Positions 38,701 through 52,451 of a DNA stretch of 64,000 bases are shown here, in pieces. The DNA comes from Trichosphaerium sp. ATCC 40318 (taxonomy: Eukaryota > Protista > Tubulinea). Under the pieces are notes generated by a model. That model did not search any database. It was not told where the DNA came from and saw nothing but the letters and a program-made list of their open reading frames with translations. Positions within the stretch are counted from its first letter, which is position 1; the number at the start of each line of letters is the position of its first letter. Both the position numbers and the translations under genes were made by a program. The stretch lies in the NCBI GenBank assembly GCA_038496445.1, contig JALMLS010000064.1, positions 558,001 through 622,000 of the forward strand, in the 5' to 3' direction.

Positions 38701-39315
38701 TTGATGTTTTGTTAGCGCACATGGAACGTTGTTGGTCTTAATATTAAGAAAAAAAGGCGCACTTTTGAATTTGTCAACTAATTGCTCTACTGGGTTTCCA
38801 AAGAAGAAATTGACTCCATTAAATAAATCAGAGAGCGTGTTGTCTATGTTGGTATCATCTTGAGAAGGTAAAAATCGCTGTGTTGCAAATTAGTTTTAAG
38901 GTCACTGTAGATGATCTGCATGCCTTCAAATTATCCCGTTCCGCGTCGGAGAGGCTGTTCCATGTTTCTTTATTCAAAATTGAAGACCAATCCGCCAAAG
39001 TCGCTAAAGAGCTTGGGAGTGTAATAACCTGGCCCGATACAGTGCAAGGTTCCCATTCATCGTTGTTCTACGATTATTTAAAAAAAACAGGCGCGACATA
39101 AACAATTAACGCGCTACTACGCTAAAACAACGCAATAGTTAACGTACAACAGGTAACGGGTTTTCTTTTACATGATCTAGCTTTATTGATACTGAAGGTT
39201 CCTGAGGAAGCGTTGTATCTTCTTTAAACCCGAGAGTCTTCAAAGTAGCTTCCCTGCGCTCTTCAGTATCACCAACGTTGAGATCAACAGTATTTGTTGC
39301 CTGTACGCTCGTCAT
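35792..39315 (-). CDS. NFRKB: NFRKB/INO80G-like chromatin-remodeller subunit
   Basis: DEUBAD-like ILNKETWNSLSDAER...FLP...LFNGVNFFFGNP; EQQRYNNPTVPFMY; RPAQVNVISLVRDAASRLP; VSGTLDRL.GEADPCVYYD...WLYLHR. Confidence 0.85.
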
Positions 39316-39424
39316 ACAGCAATACAGGTGTGTACTTTTAAGTTTGCTTCTTTCTCTGTAAACTTAACACCACAAACGCCACAAACCGTTCCAAAGTCAA
39401 CGTTAACGCCCTTGTTCGTTGGTT

Positions 39425-42133
39425 ATGAGTCTTTTGAACAGTATGGACCTAACAATGGACACTGATGGTTTGGACCCTAGTCTGGTGTTCAACTTCATGG
39501 ACGGTGATCCTAGGTTAGTAGTTTTCGTGTAAATTGTTTCTAATTACGTTCAAGTATGCAAAACTTCGATTCTATGGGTGTATTCAATCCTATGGGCACC
39601 CCTGACGTTACTACAGATCCATTTATACATACACCGAACGAAGTAACATAATTATCCCTTTTCACAGTCTGATCGCTCCGTAGATAACAATACCCGTTGT
39701 AACAGTATCAAATCTCCCTCCAACTCAAACAGCTATGCCTGTGGGAGGCTTTTTCAATGATGTAAAACAAGAGCCTACGTTCCCACAACCTGCTGGTATG
39801 TACGCTACCCTGTATTATAATACTAAAATACAGAAGGAACATTTAGCTCCTTTGGAAACTCCAACGGCATGCCAGGTCAATTCTTTAACAACACGACGCC
39901 GCCAAAATCTGTACAGCACATTGACGTTGTTTTCACAAAAGGTACAGTCTGTTTTCGGTTTTTAACTTTTTTTTTTTTCATCTCAGTACATATCTAACTA
40001 TCCATAAAGCACAACACCAAGTTCACCCGCAAGTAATGCAAATAAAAAATCAACTGCCAACTTTTGTGGAAGTATTACAACAACACAAGCAAGTAATCTT
40101 CAAAGAACGCATAAATTCGCTTATACGTAACATGATAGGCAACACCAAGCTGGTTATTTAACAAATAGAAATCAGGACTTTCAACAATTGCAACAAAATC
40201 TTGCTAATATAAAGCAACAGCTAGCAAACGCTCATTCAATACTGTAAGATACAGTTTAAACTATTTTCTATCGAATTCAGAGGTTTAATTATTTTTTCAT
40301 GTAGGATGGCGTTAATGAGAACAGAAATCCTAGCTCCAATATCTCTACACGCGCTAGAAGACATTCAATTAGAGCTAGAGGCATTAAATACACAAGCTGA
40401 CATTTTTTTGGCTGAACTTCAACCCGGAGCCACACAATGGTAACTACAGGCTTTAAATTATTATTGGTGTTGCTAACGCACCAACAGTGCAACTGCCATC
40501 GCAGTTACAAAGTCACCTTTCCCAAATGTTTACATGCAAAAGCGTAATTTACCTGATGAGGACGCCTTAGGTGTCAGGTAACGTTATTACTTTACAAAAT
40601 ACTAGTGCTAATGTATTAACGCTTTTTTTGTAGAGTACTTACAGGTAGCAATCTACAAATACATAAACTATCAACCGTTAAAGCAAATGTTAAATGCCAT
40701 ACACCGTACACATCCAAGGTACAAAAAACAATCAATCTGCCAAAAAAATTGCTTTAACAAAACTCTCGTAAAACCAAACCGAATATATTTACTTATATTC
40801 CTTCTAGACGCGAGCACCTAAGCCTCCTCTAAAGAAGGATAATGCTCCAACAGATGCTGCTGGCAACGCAGTATTTAAATTCAACTTTGCCGAAGTGCGT
40901 TGTTGTATTTACCTCTGACAACCGACAACCTAGTGAAAAAACCCAAAATTAACAGGAAAAAATCTAGGGCACACGTAAGGATATCGCTCAAATGCAATTT
41001 GGTGTTCAGGTACTTTTTCTTCAGTGAATACTTTTATAATAACGGCTCTTTATTTTTGTTGACCGGTTTTTGAAGGTTGTGACGAGTAGTGGTGGAAAAG
41101 GACCATCTACAGCGTCTATTGAGAGTAGGAATTCTAAGCCATTTATTGTTATTACAAATGAAGTACAGTACAGTGCGGCTATGGGTATTCTCATGAAAAA
41201 GTTTTTGTATTCTTTACAGTCTGTACGTATTTTTTGTTTTTCTCGATATTTTGAGAAGTGATTTATCGCTAATTGTTGTTTTTAAACAGGTTGATGTTTT
41301 GCCTTGGCCTTATGTGGCAAATCAACTTCAAGAGTTTTTTATTAAAGCAACACGACAGGTATGATTTTAAAATAAGCTTTTTGGTTTTTTTTATCTTCGA
41401 TGCTGTTTCATTAATTGAGCTTTTTAGCAACTTCATGCTCCTGATAGATCGTTAAGTATGGCTGATTTAAATTATATGCATCAAGTTTTTTTTCATAATG
41501 AACAAGCTATTACGTTACAGGTATGACGGAATACAATAGAGCTGGTTTTATGTGGTTTTAATTTTTTTTTTTTTTTTTCAGATGTTCGAAAAGTTTTGGC
41601 GCTGGTGTGGCATTGTTTTTGCAAATATTCGACATAAGAAACATATGAATGTTTTATGGTGTACAGGTCTACTTTATGGATTTCTGGGAAAGGCACAAGT
41701 CAACCAAATAGTTAGTCAACAAGTTGAGGTAAGCTTCCAAATGAAGCATATTTTTTCTGACTTTTTGTCTATAATTAGGGTTCATTTTTATTACGATTCA
41801 GTGAGTCTAATCCTGGAACTATTGCCGTTGCTTATCGTACAAATACTGCACGTGGAGGTGTAAAGAACTTTCTTGTTACTGCTGATGATATTGGTACGAT
41901 AACACTGTTTTTTTTTCAGCGACGAAAACTGACAATAAACAATAGGTCCAAATAAGTCCGTTTGTGACTTTGTCAAAAAATGTAAGCACTTCCATTACAT
42001 TTTGCACTTTACTGGAAAATACAATGAACACAATAATACACCATGCTTCCAACTATATGATAAACAAGCAGTGCTTGGTAAATACTATACAGCTGAGAAA
42101 CATATCAATAGAGAAGGTTATGAAGAACTTTGA
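39425..42133 (+). CDS. STAT: Dictyostelium-type STAT transcription factor
   Basis: GTRK, SKPFIVITNE, FEKFWRW, LWCTGLLYGFL, SH2 GSFLLRFSES, C-terminal tyrosine motif GYEEL* (TGA 42131-42133). Confidence 0.9.
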
Positions 42134-42461
42134 AAAAAAGGTTGGGGAAAAAAAAAAGAGGAAATATTGGCTTGGATGTTGTTAGGCTTCTCCTTCTCTT
42201 TTTTTTTTTTGGGTATTTGTAATTTTAGTTTTTTCTGTCTTTTTTGTTTCTCTTTCTCCTCTCTATTCGCTTCTCTGCTGGTGCTAAACCATAAAACGTA
42301 AGAAAACAATGGTTAACCAAAAAAAAAAAAAATACAAACCAACAAAAGTGGCAGTGAGAGAAAGAGAAGATGAAGGACAGAATAAAGAAAAGATAAAAAA
42401 AAAGGCTTGTGGTTGGATTCTATTATTTCCAACATAAATAAAAAGTTGACAAAAAAAATTA

Positions 42462-44641
42462 TTACTTAAAGTCTGCCTGAGTTAAGGATGAAAGAACAAA
42501 AAAAAATTCCGTACTTTTTGGTCGTACACGACCTCTACTTGCTGTATTTTCTCCTGCTTTTGCTTCTTTGAATTTCTTTTCTGCTGATTTTTGTGCTGCC
42601 ATAGCAACGTCCCCAAATTTTGCCCCGACAGGTTTCGTCTTGGCATCTTGGTTTGGGCTATATTGTGGCGGTTCTGTGTGAAGTGCTGGGCCTTGATTAT
42701 AAAGTCAGTGTACACCGTTACATTTTTTTGTCTTGTGTGCCTTGAGGCTTTGAACCCTCTGTGCCATCGTCCCATCGTGTTACACCAAATTTATCACGGA
42801 TCTGCAAGTATCAATATTAGGATTTGAGGTTGGTTCGTTTTGTTTTGTGAATTAAAAAACCCAATATTCTTCATCTCTATTAAAATATGACTTACTTTAT
42901 TGTTCCTCAATGCAAGTTGCACAGTAAGCATAGATAAATTATTTGCTGTCCAGTAAAGATGAAGAGCCTATAAAGAAAAAAAATCAGTTACCAAAGAAAG
43001 AGCAGGGAGCATAAAACAAGAAAATATGACTTGATTTGCAAGTGAAAAAACCCCTGGATTATTATCCTTCTACGTACAGCAGGAAACCATGACATTGCAA
43101 TACCAGCAAGACCAGCAACAGCTTTAATAAAAATAGGTGTGAGTTTATAAATCTTTTCGTATTATTGCATACCAGGCATAACATATTTTACAGGTGAAGG
43201 TTTCTTCCACGCAGGTTGCATTGATGCAGTTGCCTTTAAATAAAAATGTTATTATCATAGCTATAAAATAATGAAATGCGAAAAATTACGTACTACTACC
43301 ATAGCCATCATTGTAACAGCACTGAGTGCAGGTAGTATAAAAGTTGGATCGGCAATGGAAAGATTATGGAACCACAAAATACCGCCTATAATTTTGTTAA
43401 CATGACTACTTCGAGAGCCGTTTTAGGTACCTTGGTCGAATCCCTCAACTACATTACCCATACCCCTGATAGCAAGAAACATGGGTAATACAAAAATAAC
43501 ATTGGGAAGCCAAATTTTTAATGCCATCTCCTTAAAATCTACACCCTACGAAAAAAACAAGAAATGTAAATAACAAAGAACTTGTTGACATTCTGACTTA
43601 CATTTGCTTTGTTTAGCGCATTAATTTCTTCACGAATTTTGGTACGAGCTTCATTATCCTTTGCTTTCATAACTCTTTTATTTAATGCCTATTGGGATGA
43701 CAACATCAACACAAATAGATATGTAATAAAAACATCAAAAAAAAAAAAAAGAACCAGAGAACGTACAGTCGTTTGTGGATGTATCTTTGCCATCCTTGCT
43801 GAAATATCGGTTTGTTTAATAGTTGATGGTAAAAGAGCAGATCGAAGCTATCACGTGATTAAAAATTAGTTCACGTGGGAGTAAAATAAAGAAACTAATA
43901 GGAAAACGAAAAAAAGAAAAACATACTCCAACTGAACAAATAATTACAATAGCCCAATACGGTAAACCAATCCCCAAGTGCATCTACAAAGTGCATATTA
44001 ATTAACAAAACCCAAAAACACGTTTTCAATAGTATACGCGAAAGAGAGGCGTCACGGTACCATTTCAAGTAGAGATTGTCCTGGAAGTGCGATTATTTCC
44101 CACCAAGCGAATTCACCGCTTATTAATCGATGAAAAGGTACATTATAAGGTGCTAAGTATCAATTAGGATTGTTGAATTAAAGAAAGTTGTTTCTCACCG
44201 TGCTCAACAACAATTTCTGACGTGGTTGCTGTAGTACTCGCTACAAAGTCTGCAAAGGTTGGTGTGGCGTCGACTACGCTTGTTTCAACGCTTGTAACTG
44301 CGTCTGCGCTTAGGCTTGCTTTGTCGATTACTTGGGTGCTGTCTAACGTATCTACTATGCTTGTGGCCACTTCTGGGTCGGTTTTGTCACTACATATTTC
44401 AGGGAAGTGTAAAAAAGAACGCCTACGCACACAGTGGCCGTATTTGTAGATGCGGCACGACTAGACAACAAAACACCTTGATGTGCTGTTCTCAGATTAT
44501 TTCCTATTGTAAATACGCTTATATTGGCTCTTTTACCTAGTATCGGTGAGAAAATGAGCAAAGATGAGTATTTTTTTTTGTTAACTCACACCGCTTCGTT
44601 TGAGCAACTGAAACTGTGTAACGAGGCGCTAATCTCAGCAT
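42462..44641 (-). CDS. OXA1: Mitochondrial inner-membrane insertase OXA1/YidC
   Basis: Presequence-like MLRLAPRY...; GLPYWAIV; GGILWFHNLSIADPTFILPAL; AMSWFPA; LFIYWTANNLSMLTVQ. 3' end approximate. Confidence 0.85.
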
Positions 44642-44722
44642 TATTGTTGTCTTGCGTCTGTTTTTATTTAATTTCTGTACGGAGTGCCTTAATTGTTTTA
44701 ACAGTTCAGCAGAACGTTTGAG

Positions 44723-47700
44723 ATGTGGACCATACCGAGGGAAACAACCCCAGGGTATCTATGGAAAACGTTAAAATCAAACAAGTACGTCAAACGGTTG
44801 CAAATGGTAGTTGACCACTCAAGGTTTTGCGAAATGCTCGAATACAACAATTCTGGTCTCGTTATGCGCCTCGTTACTACAGTGAGAACTGTAAATCCGT
44901 ATGATTCAAACCCGACGCAATACAGGTATTAAAGTCGCTTTTACATAGCCCGTTATTGATAAGAGCGCTCCAGGATCGTTTTGAAAGCACCACAAAGCAG
45001 ATATTATGTACTAGCAGTTGCGAATCAGCAACACGCCATCGAAGATAGCTGGAAGTATCTAGAGGAAAAAGTACGCGATATTTTGTTATTTTCACATTTC
45101 GCGAACAACCGAAAAGAACTGACGACGTTTAATCAAGCTTATTCCTGCTGCGAGTATGATAGAGGAGCATGACGACGCGATAAACTTTATTAAAACTAAA
45201 ATACACGCAATGTCAACAAATTCCGAGGGCGAAGAGGTACAAAAAAAAATCTCTTTTGTAGTTTTTCTTTTAAACTGCTGTTTTCATTTAACCATTCATG
45301 TGAAAATTACGTTACTTTGAATCAATAGACTGAGTACTGATACTTTTTGAAAAAAAAAAGGGTAAAACATCACGTGTTAGCGAGTTTCATGCGTTATTTG
45401 AGGATATAAAAGGAGAAAAGTTACTTACATGTACGTTTGGTTTTTTGTTCTTTCTATCTCGTTCACGCCTAAATTTCTTGGATGGTATAGATTATGAAGC
45501 TGCTATATGGACAAAAAAGTATATTGCACCTGTTCCTGTTACGATATATATCACAGGTCATTTCATTTGTATTCATCCTAGTGGAAGCCCAAGCAGTAAA
45601 CAAGCTATTAATTTTCGGGTACGTTACTGATGACTTTGCCTTTAATTTACTTTGTTGACATGCCATTAATAGGATATCACTGCGTTAAGGAAAGAAACAG
45701 CACTTGGCGTTATAAATAATGCCATTAAAATCAAAACAAAGGAACAAGAAGTAAGTACTTTTGTTTTTTTCAGGGTTTTCTTTTGTTTCACTTGATTTAT
45801 TCAATGTTAACTTCAAATCAAGCTATGGCTATTATTACTAAGTAGAGACGCGGCATATACACTTTTAGAACGATTATGGTCACAGGTAAAGCTACAAAAG
45901 TGGCATTAAACTTTATTTTTCTTCTATTTCTTCTATTACTTTACAGCTCTAACTTTCGTCTTGATAGACGCTAAAGCGGTGGCACCATACACTAAGTGAC
46001 GCTAATTGGATCGAAGAAGTAAAACAGGATTTAGATCCTCAGTCAAAAGCACATATTGATCAACAACGTAATGCTAATTAGCATTTGGTTGAAAGTTTTG
46101 TTAATCTCATACTAGGACTAAATACTGAGTTGTGCAAAACGTTTAGAATTCCTCCTTCTGCACAGCTCCTGAAGCAATATTGGTGTTCTCTATATCGTCT
46201 AAAGCATATAGTGGGAATGATATACTTTTTTGATGGGTTTTTGTGCTATACTTCATCACCTACGCTTGCTTCAAAGGATGTCAAGTGAGTTTGTTTTTCG
46301 AAAAAAACTTGCTTAGTTTTCTCGCTTTAATGAACTCCTTGTTTAGGTTTGCTATTGCTTGGCATCATATAACAAGCGTACAGAAGAAGAGTATGATACT
46401 TGGCATAGTTCAGAACGCTATTACTATAAGGACAGATACACACAATGAAATCTTTTTGGCTTTTGTTCAGAATAGAGATGAGATTTATGATGATATTGTA
46501 ACAACTTGGAAAGCAAGGACACAATACTGGCAAAAGAAAACAGCTGGTCAAAAGTAGGTGTTTTGTTGTAATTTGGGGTTAATGGGGTGCTTAGGATAGA
46601 AGGCAATCAGTCTGCCTGGACTAAAGAACAAAGTCTTTACGAAGACGTGTCATTTAAGGACGACGAGGTAAAAAAAATTGATTGATTTTGTAAAAAAGAA
46701 AAAGACTAAATTTTTTGAAGCATCGACGGTTACTACAATGGTCGAGTTATTTTAAAAAGAACGGACAACCACCAAATCATTTATGGACACCTGAATTCGC
46801 AACATTAGTTGGTATGGGTATACCTAATATATACAGAGGTACAATACATTGACTTTGTTTTTCTACCAATATTAATGATGTCACGTGTGTGAATAGGCAC
46901 TATATGGCAGCTAATAAGTGGGTCTCTACGTAAACTAGAACAACGTCCAGGGTATTACATAGAATGCTTGCAAAAACCAATACCAGAGGAAACAACAGAC
47001 GAAATTGAAAAAGTTAGTTTTTAAGTGCACTACTAATTGTCTCAAACTTTTAATTAGGACGTCCGACGTGCTCTTCCTGATCATCCTCATTACACAACAG
47101 ATGAAGCAATAGCTTCATTAAGAAGGGTGTTACATGCATATGCCGTAAGAAACCCAAGCATTGGTTACTGTCAAGTAAGATCTAAAATCAAAGAAAAAAA
47201 GCCTTCCTTTATGTTAATTTTCTTTTTAAGGCAATGAACATTGTTGCTGCACTTTTACTTCTATATTGTAATGAAGAAGAAGCCTTTTGGCTTCTCACAA
47301 CGCTATGTGAAGATATAGCACCTGATTACTATGGAAAAGAGCTATTAGGTTCCATTGTAGACCAACAGCTGTTTGCGAAACTTGTTGATAAATATTTACC
47401 AACTGTCAGTAATCATTTCACAGAGGTATGTATTTAATCTTCATCGTTTTGGAAACCACAAAGGTTACATTGTATTGACAACTGTAGTTGGGTTTATCTG
47501 TTGAATTATTGAGTTTACAATGGTTCATGTTGTTTTTTATTGGTACAATGCCTTGGCGTGTTGCTCTAAGGATAATGGACCTCGTGTTCCTTAATGGAAC
47601 AGATATTTTATTTCAGATGGGTTTAACATTATTGTATATACTTCGGGTTCGTACTAAACTTAAGTTGTTACTCAAATTTTAACGTTACTAACAATGCTGT

Positions 47701-48873
47701 CAAGGATGATTTACTCCTTGCTGATGACCCAGCTGTAGTACCTTCTACAATTAAACAGAACGCCAAGCTAAGAGAAGAAGATGTCTTCAGGGTATGACAA
47801 TATTCTTTTTTTTTCCTTCAAAAATGATACGCTTCTTGCTCATGTTTCTCTTTAGATTGCTATGGAGAGATACACATTATCTTCTGTAAAAATTGCTCAG
47901 TACAGGAACGAAGAAAAGGTGGAGCAATTAGCGCGCCTCCAAAGTACCACTAGGCCTGATTTTACAGCTATAAAAAAGAGATGCAACGACTTGGGTACAC
48001 GTGCTTACGCAAATAAACCAGTTTGTCTAACTATTTTTTTGAAGTGTCTCAAGAAGAACTTGAAAGCATGTACACAAAATTTGAAGGTCTAGCTGGTGGT
48101 TCTAATATAAAAGGTTTTGCAATCAATGCGGAGAGCTTTGAGCAACTTGGTATTGAATTAAAAAAATATGACTTTAATGGTTTCTTACTTTTTTCTTCTT
48201 TAGCTAGTTACTATGTGCCTGGTGTAACTCACCCTGAAATTGATTCACATGAGTTCATTGATAGAGTTTTTAGGGTATGATATATTCTATTTTATTAACA
48301 TAGACTTTCACTAACACTTTGTTCTGTAGACTGTAGATAGTTCAAATCAACAACAAATAAGTTTCGAAGAATTTGTTGCTTGTATTACAATTTTAAAGCA
48401 TGGCTCTGCTGAGATGAAGCTTAACTGTGCGTAATAGGTTTATTGTTAAGAACTCAGATACTTATGTTTATTTTATAGTATTTCTTACACTGTACTTTGA
48501 ACGTGGTGAAAAGATAACAGAAGCAGAATTCGCTTTACTTCTACATAAAATGTATAGGTAACAACTTTCTGAACAACCTTGATGTTTATGTTACAACCTA
48601 ACCTACTCAAACTTTAGAGTTACAATGGCAAGACATATTGACCATATCACAAACATGAAGAAGATAAGAGTAAGTTCTTTGCGGCTTTTTTTTGACTTTT
48701 TTGTGAACTTGGTTTTTTTTGACGATCTGAAGGTGTTTGCGTTCAACATTTTCGAAAACAAAGACAGTATGAGTATGGAGGAACTCCATGAGAAGTTACT
48801 TAAACAGAGTAATATAGTGTCGCTATGGAATTCACTTGTAGTCACAGATCCAGATACAGCACCGTCAGAATAG
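44723..48873 (+). CDS. TBC1D9: TBC1D8/TBC1D9-like Rab-GAP (GRAM-GRAM-TBC-EF-hand)
   Basis: MWTIP..LW N-terminus, GRAM-like exons, [43 protein letters not shown]-hand-like ISFEEFV. Confidence 0.85.
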
Positions 48874-49174
48874 TAACTTTTAAAAAAAAACAAACCAATA
48901 AATTATTTGTAAAATGTTTCCACGTCGTTGTACCTCTGTTGTGTGGGTATTAAATAGATATACCTCACAACCATTGGTAGCTATCGATTTGAATGTACAG
49001 ACTTGCAGTGGGTACGAACCTTGTTTGTCAATTACTACCTGCTCCTATGACATCTCATTGGCATCCTTAGAAGGCAGCCGTGGTAGATTGTTGAGATATA
49101 GAATGACAACATTCTTATATCAAAGTATTGTTTTATTCGAATCAACCCTAGCTCTCTACATTTTTGAATAATGT

Positions 49175-50526
49175 TCAATTTAAAGATATTTTGTCCATAT
49201 CACTTTCAAGGGAGAGTTCCTTGATGAAGGGCATATACTTGAGTTTGCGAAATGGAGACCCCTCCAAAAACTGTTCGACAGCCTCCCAAGATTGGTTTTC
49301 TCTGCGTTCATACCAGAACTAGTGTACTTGTAAATATGGTTCAATCACCACCTGAATTACCTTTCTTATTGCCTCTTTTGCGAAATCTCTTTCCATTGCA
49401 GTTTGCTCCTTCATGTTTGGCTTAGGTACGTCGCCAGGCTCAAATAGTCGTTCGTTAAATTTGATGCAATTGTTGACAAAACCAGTTGCATGTTTCCACA
49501 TACATCTTTTCATTTCCTTTAATCCCTGCGTGTGAAGTATTAGAAATATGTTTATAAAGAAAACATGAAATCACCTTTAGATGTTTGGTGATAAAAACAA
49601 GATGATAGCGCAAGTTGTTGCCTTTGTCAATGATGGCGAATTTGGTAGTGAAAATCGGAAGAAAACAATCTTCTTTTACTCTCTTCAAAAATATCTCTGC
49701 CAACTTATTAATGCGCTCTTTTGGAGTTTGCTCATCTAGGTATTCATCCAGGAAAGGTAGTTTCTCTGGGGCCGTTTCGGGGTTTCGGTACAGTAGTCTC
49801 ACTAAGGATTGTTTCTAGGGTTGTTATTTTGGACCAAGAAAAGTTGGTATCACATTTACCTTATTTTCCTCTTTGCGGAATCTATTTATGAATCCAGACA
49901 TAAGGTTGATAAGAACATCTGAGCTCTTGTGACTTTCCAAAATTTTGCAAACGAGGTCCATTGAAATTTGCGACCATCCAAATGGATCCAAGAAAACAAA
50001 ACGGGGAAGGTCTTCCAACTTTTTGTGATTAACCAGAGTAGCAACTTTGTCTTCACAAGTTCCTTGAATTAATTTGACCTACGTATGTTATTTGTTAGTC
50101 AATCAATACTATACGAATACGTACTTGAATATTTATTGTATGATCTTTTTTGTTGGGCTTGCTTTCTAACTTCCAAGTGCGCGGTTTGCCATTCGAAGTA
50201 TCACTCTTGGCCGGCGCTGCCTTTCGTAGCACAGTTTCAAGCTTCGTAATTACCTTGCTGTCCTTCTCAATCAGAAAAAAGAGAATAGTGTCAATGTTGG
50301 TATAAAATTTATTCTGTTGAGCGACGTTAACGGCTTCAACAGCAGCGCCTGGAATTATTATGTTGTTGTACTCGAATTCGCCTGCACCAGCGAACCCATC
50401 AATATATATGACTCCTTTAGAATAGCTACCGAGGATAGGGAAAAAAGCGCCACAGTAGTCACGAATAATATGACCCTTAACTATTTGTCGTATTTTTACG
50501 CTACGGTTGTCTTTCTTTTCGGCCAT
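49175..50526 (-). CDS. tcmP: TcmP (three-Cys-motif partner)/GMT-wHTH-like SAM-dependent methyltransferase with spliceosomal introns
   Basis: VKGHIIRDY, YIDGFAGAG, FFLIEKD, FVFLDPFGW, DVLINLMSGFINRF, YHLVFITKH.KG..EMKRCMWK and a wHTH-like SPFRK..Y..IKEL. At least four GT-AG introns; 3' end uncertain. Confidence 0.8.
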
Positions 50527-50947
50527 TTGTAAATTATGAATATTAAGGACCTGTAGCGAGGAACTGAACGCGTGTTGACAATTACTTTTCTGTTAACGGC
50601 AAAATCAGTGAAATTGATTAGAGCCTTGATTGACTAAAAAATGTGCTTAGACCTATGCGCAGTATGGTTTTGCGCTACTGTTCGGCAACGTTGAATTGAA
50701 CTTGAATAGAGCACGATTGGCTAAACAATGCTGTTTTCTGTAAAAATGTTGTACAAAAGGCTTCCAATAACAACAGATTTCTAAGAAATAACAGGCACCT
50801 AATTTTGCGAACTGAGCGCAAACCTGGCCATTCACGTTGCATTACCGTTTACAAAACTTCAATCATAGCTCCTTTATTTTCTATTGCGTACCATTCGAAC
50901 TACGTTTTTTGTCCAGAAAAACAAATTGGAATATGTTAAGGTATTCA

Positions 50948-52451
50948 TTAGAGGTAAGGTATACCTATGCGATACTGACCCAAAGAGTATTCAATAAGAT
51001 AGTCCAGGTAATCAACACAACGAGCATGTAAACAACCGTCAGCAGTCTCATAATGCTCCCTATGAGGAGGGATGCATTTTTCAACAGCATAAAGGTTTTT
51101 CAATGATAGAATAGCTTCATCTGTAATTTGGTCACAGTTTTTAAGACCAATTGTATGAACACCTGATAATGCTTTGACACCTTCATCTGTCACTGAGGTA
51201 CTATCAAGATTAATAGCGTAGACACCTGCAAGTACTTTAATACCTTCATCTGTCACTGAAGTATGAGCAAGATCAATAGCATGCACACCTGTGAGTGCTT
51301 TAATACCTTCATCTGTCACTGCAGTATCACCAAGGTGAATAGTGTGAACGCCCTTTAACCATTTTATACCTTCATCTGTAACTGATGTAGTTTTAAGAAA
51401 TACAATATGAGCACCTGTTAATGCTTTGATACCTTCATCTGTCACTGCAGTTCTATCAAGATAAATAGTATGAACTCCTTCCAGTTCTTTTACGCCCTCA
51501 TCTGTCACAGGAGTGTCAGTGAGATTAATAGTATGAACACCCTTTAATGACTTGATACCTTCATCAGTAATATTCATACAATTGCTTAGGTCAATAGTAT
51601 GAACTCCTGCAAGTGCTTTGAGTCCGTTATCTGTCACCAATGTGTATGTAAGATCAATTTTATGTACACCTTTCAATGCCTTGATACCTTCATCTGTGAT
51701 TGAAGTACAACGATAAAGACAAATAGAATGTACTCCTGCAAGTGATTTCAGATCACGATCATTGATAACTCCAGATACACGATATAGCTTTGGGTTTCTT
51801 TTGAAAGAAGTATCAATGTATCTACAGCCAGATAACAATGAATACAAAGTATTATTTTGAACATTCATAACAATGACACTGTTGTTCATGATACCATTGT
51901 ACTGTCTGATCTTTAGAATATCTGGAATATCATAAATGTACACTCTTTGATATCCAACAATGTCATGGATGATATCAGCCATCAAACGACATGATTGAGC
52001 AACAGCGAATCTTGATTTCGCTTCTGTATGACTTAGAATTGTTGATATCACTTCTGGTGGGAAATTGATGATATTAACTACCTTGTGTGGACTCAACTCT
52101 GTCCTGTGTTATTGTTAATAAACATATCTTTGTACTTTATTGGACGTACTTTCTCATTTGCTTGTGTTTTGGAACCGATATGTCCTCAGGTTGCGTCATG
52201 GGCTTGTTGGATGACTCTACTGCAATAGAATCCATTGTGGGCTGTTTCGCCAAGATAGAGCCTGTTCCAGTACTTTTGAAGAGGTATTGGTCGAGTTGTT
52301 GTAAAAGGGTCTTGTTTGCAACGTTTAAGATATTTTTCAGTTGATCTATGAACACTTGGCGTTGTTTTGTACTTATTCTACTGAACTCTTCTCTGTGGCT
52401 GTTACGATAGTATGTGACTGCTTGCTCGACTGAAACACCTGGTAGATTCAT
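50948..52451 (-). CDS. F-box + LRR protein (VTDEGIKALxGVHTI repeats), paralog of 10549-11520
   Basis: ORF 52137-52451 joins the LRR ORF through intron 52104-52149 (GTACGT...ACAG, phase 2). F-box FPPEVISTILSH; about 10 LRRs in one exon. Confidence 0.85.

Noticed and set aside
52137-52451. Stand-alone 104-aa ORF
   Set aside because: Better explained as exon 1 of the F-box-LRR gene via intron 52104-52149.
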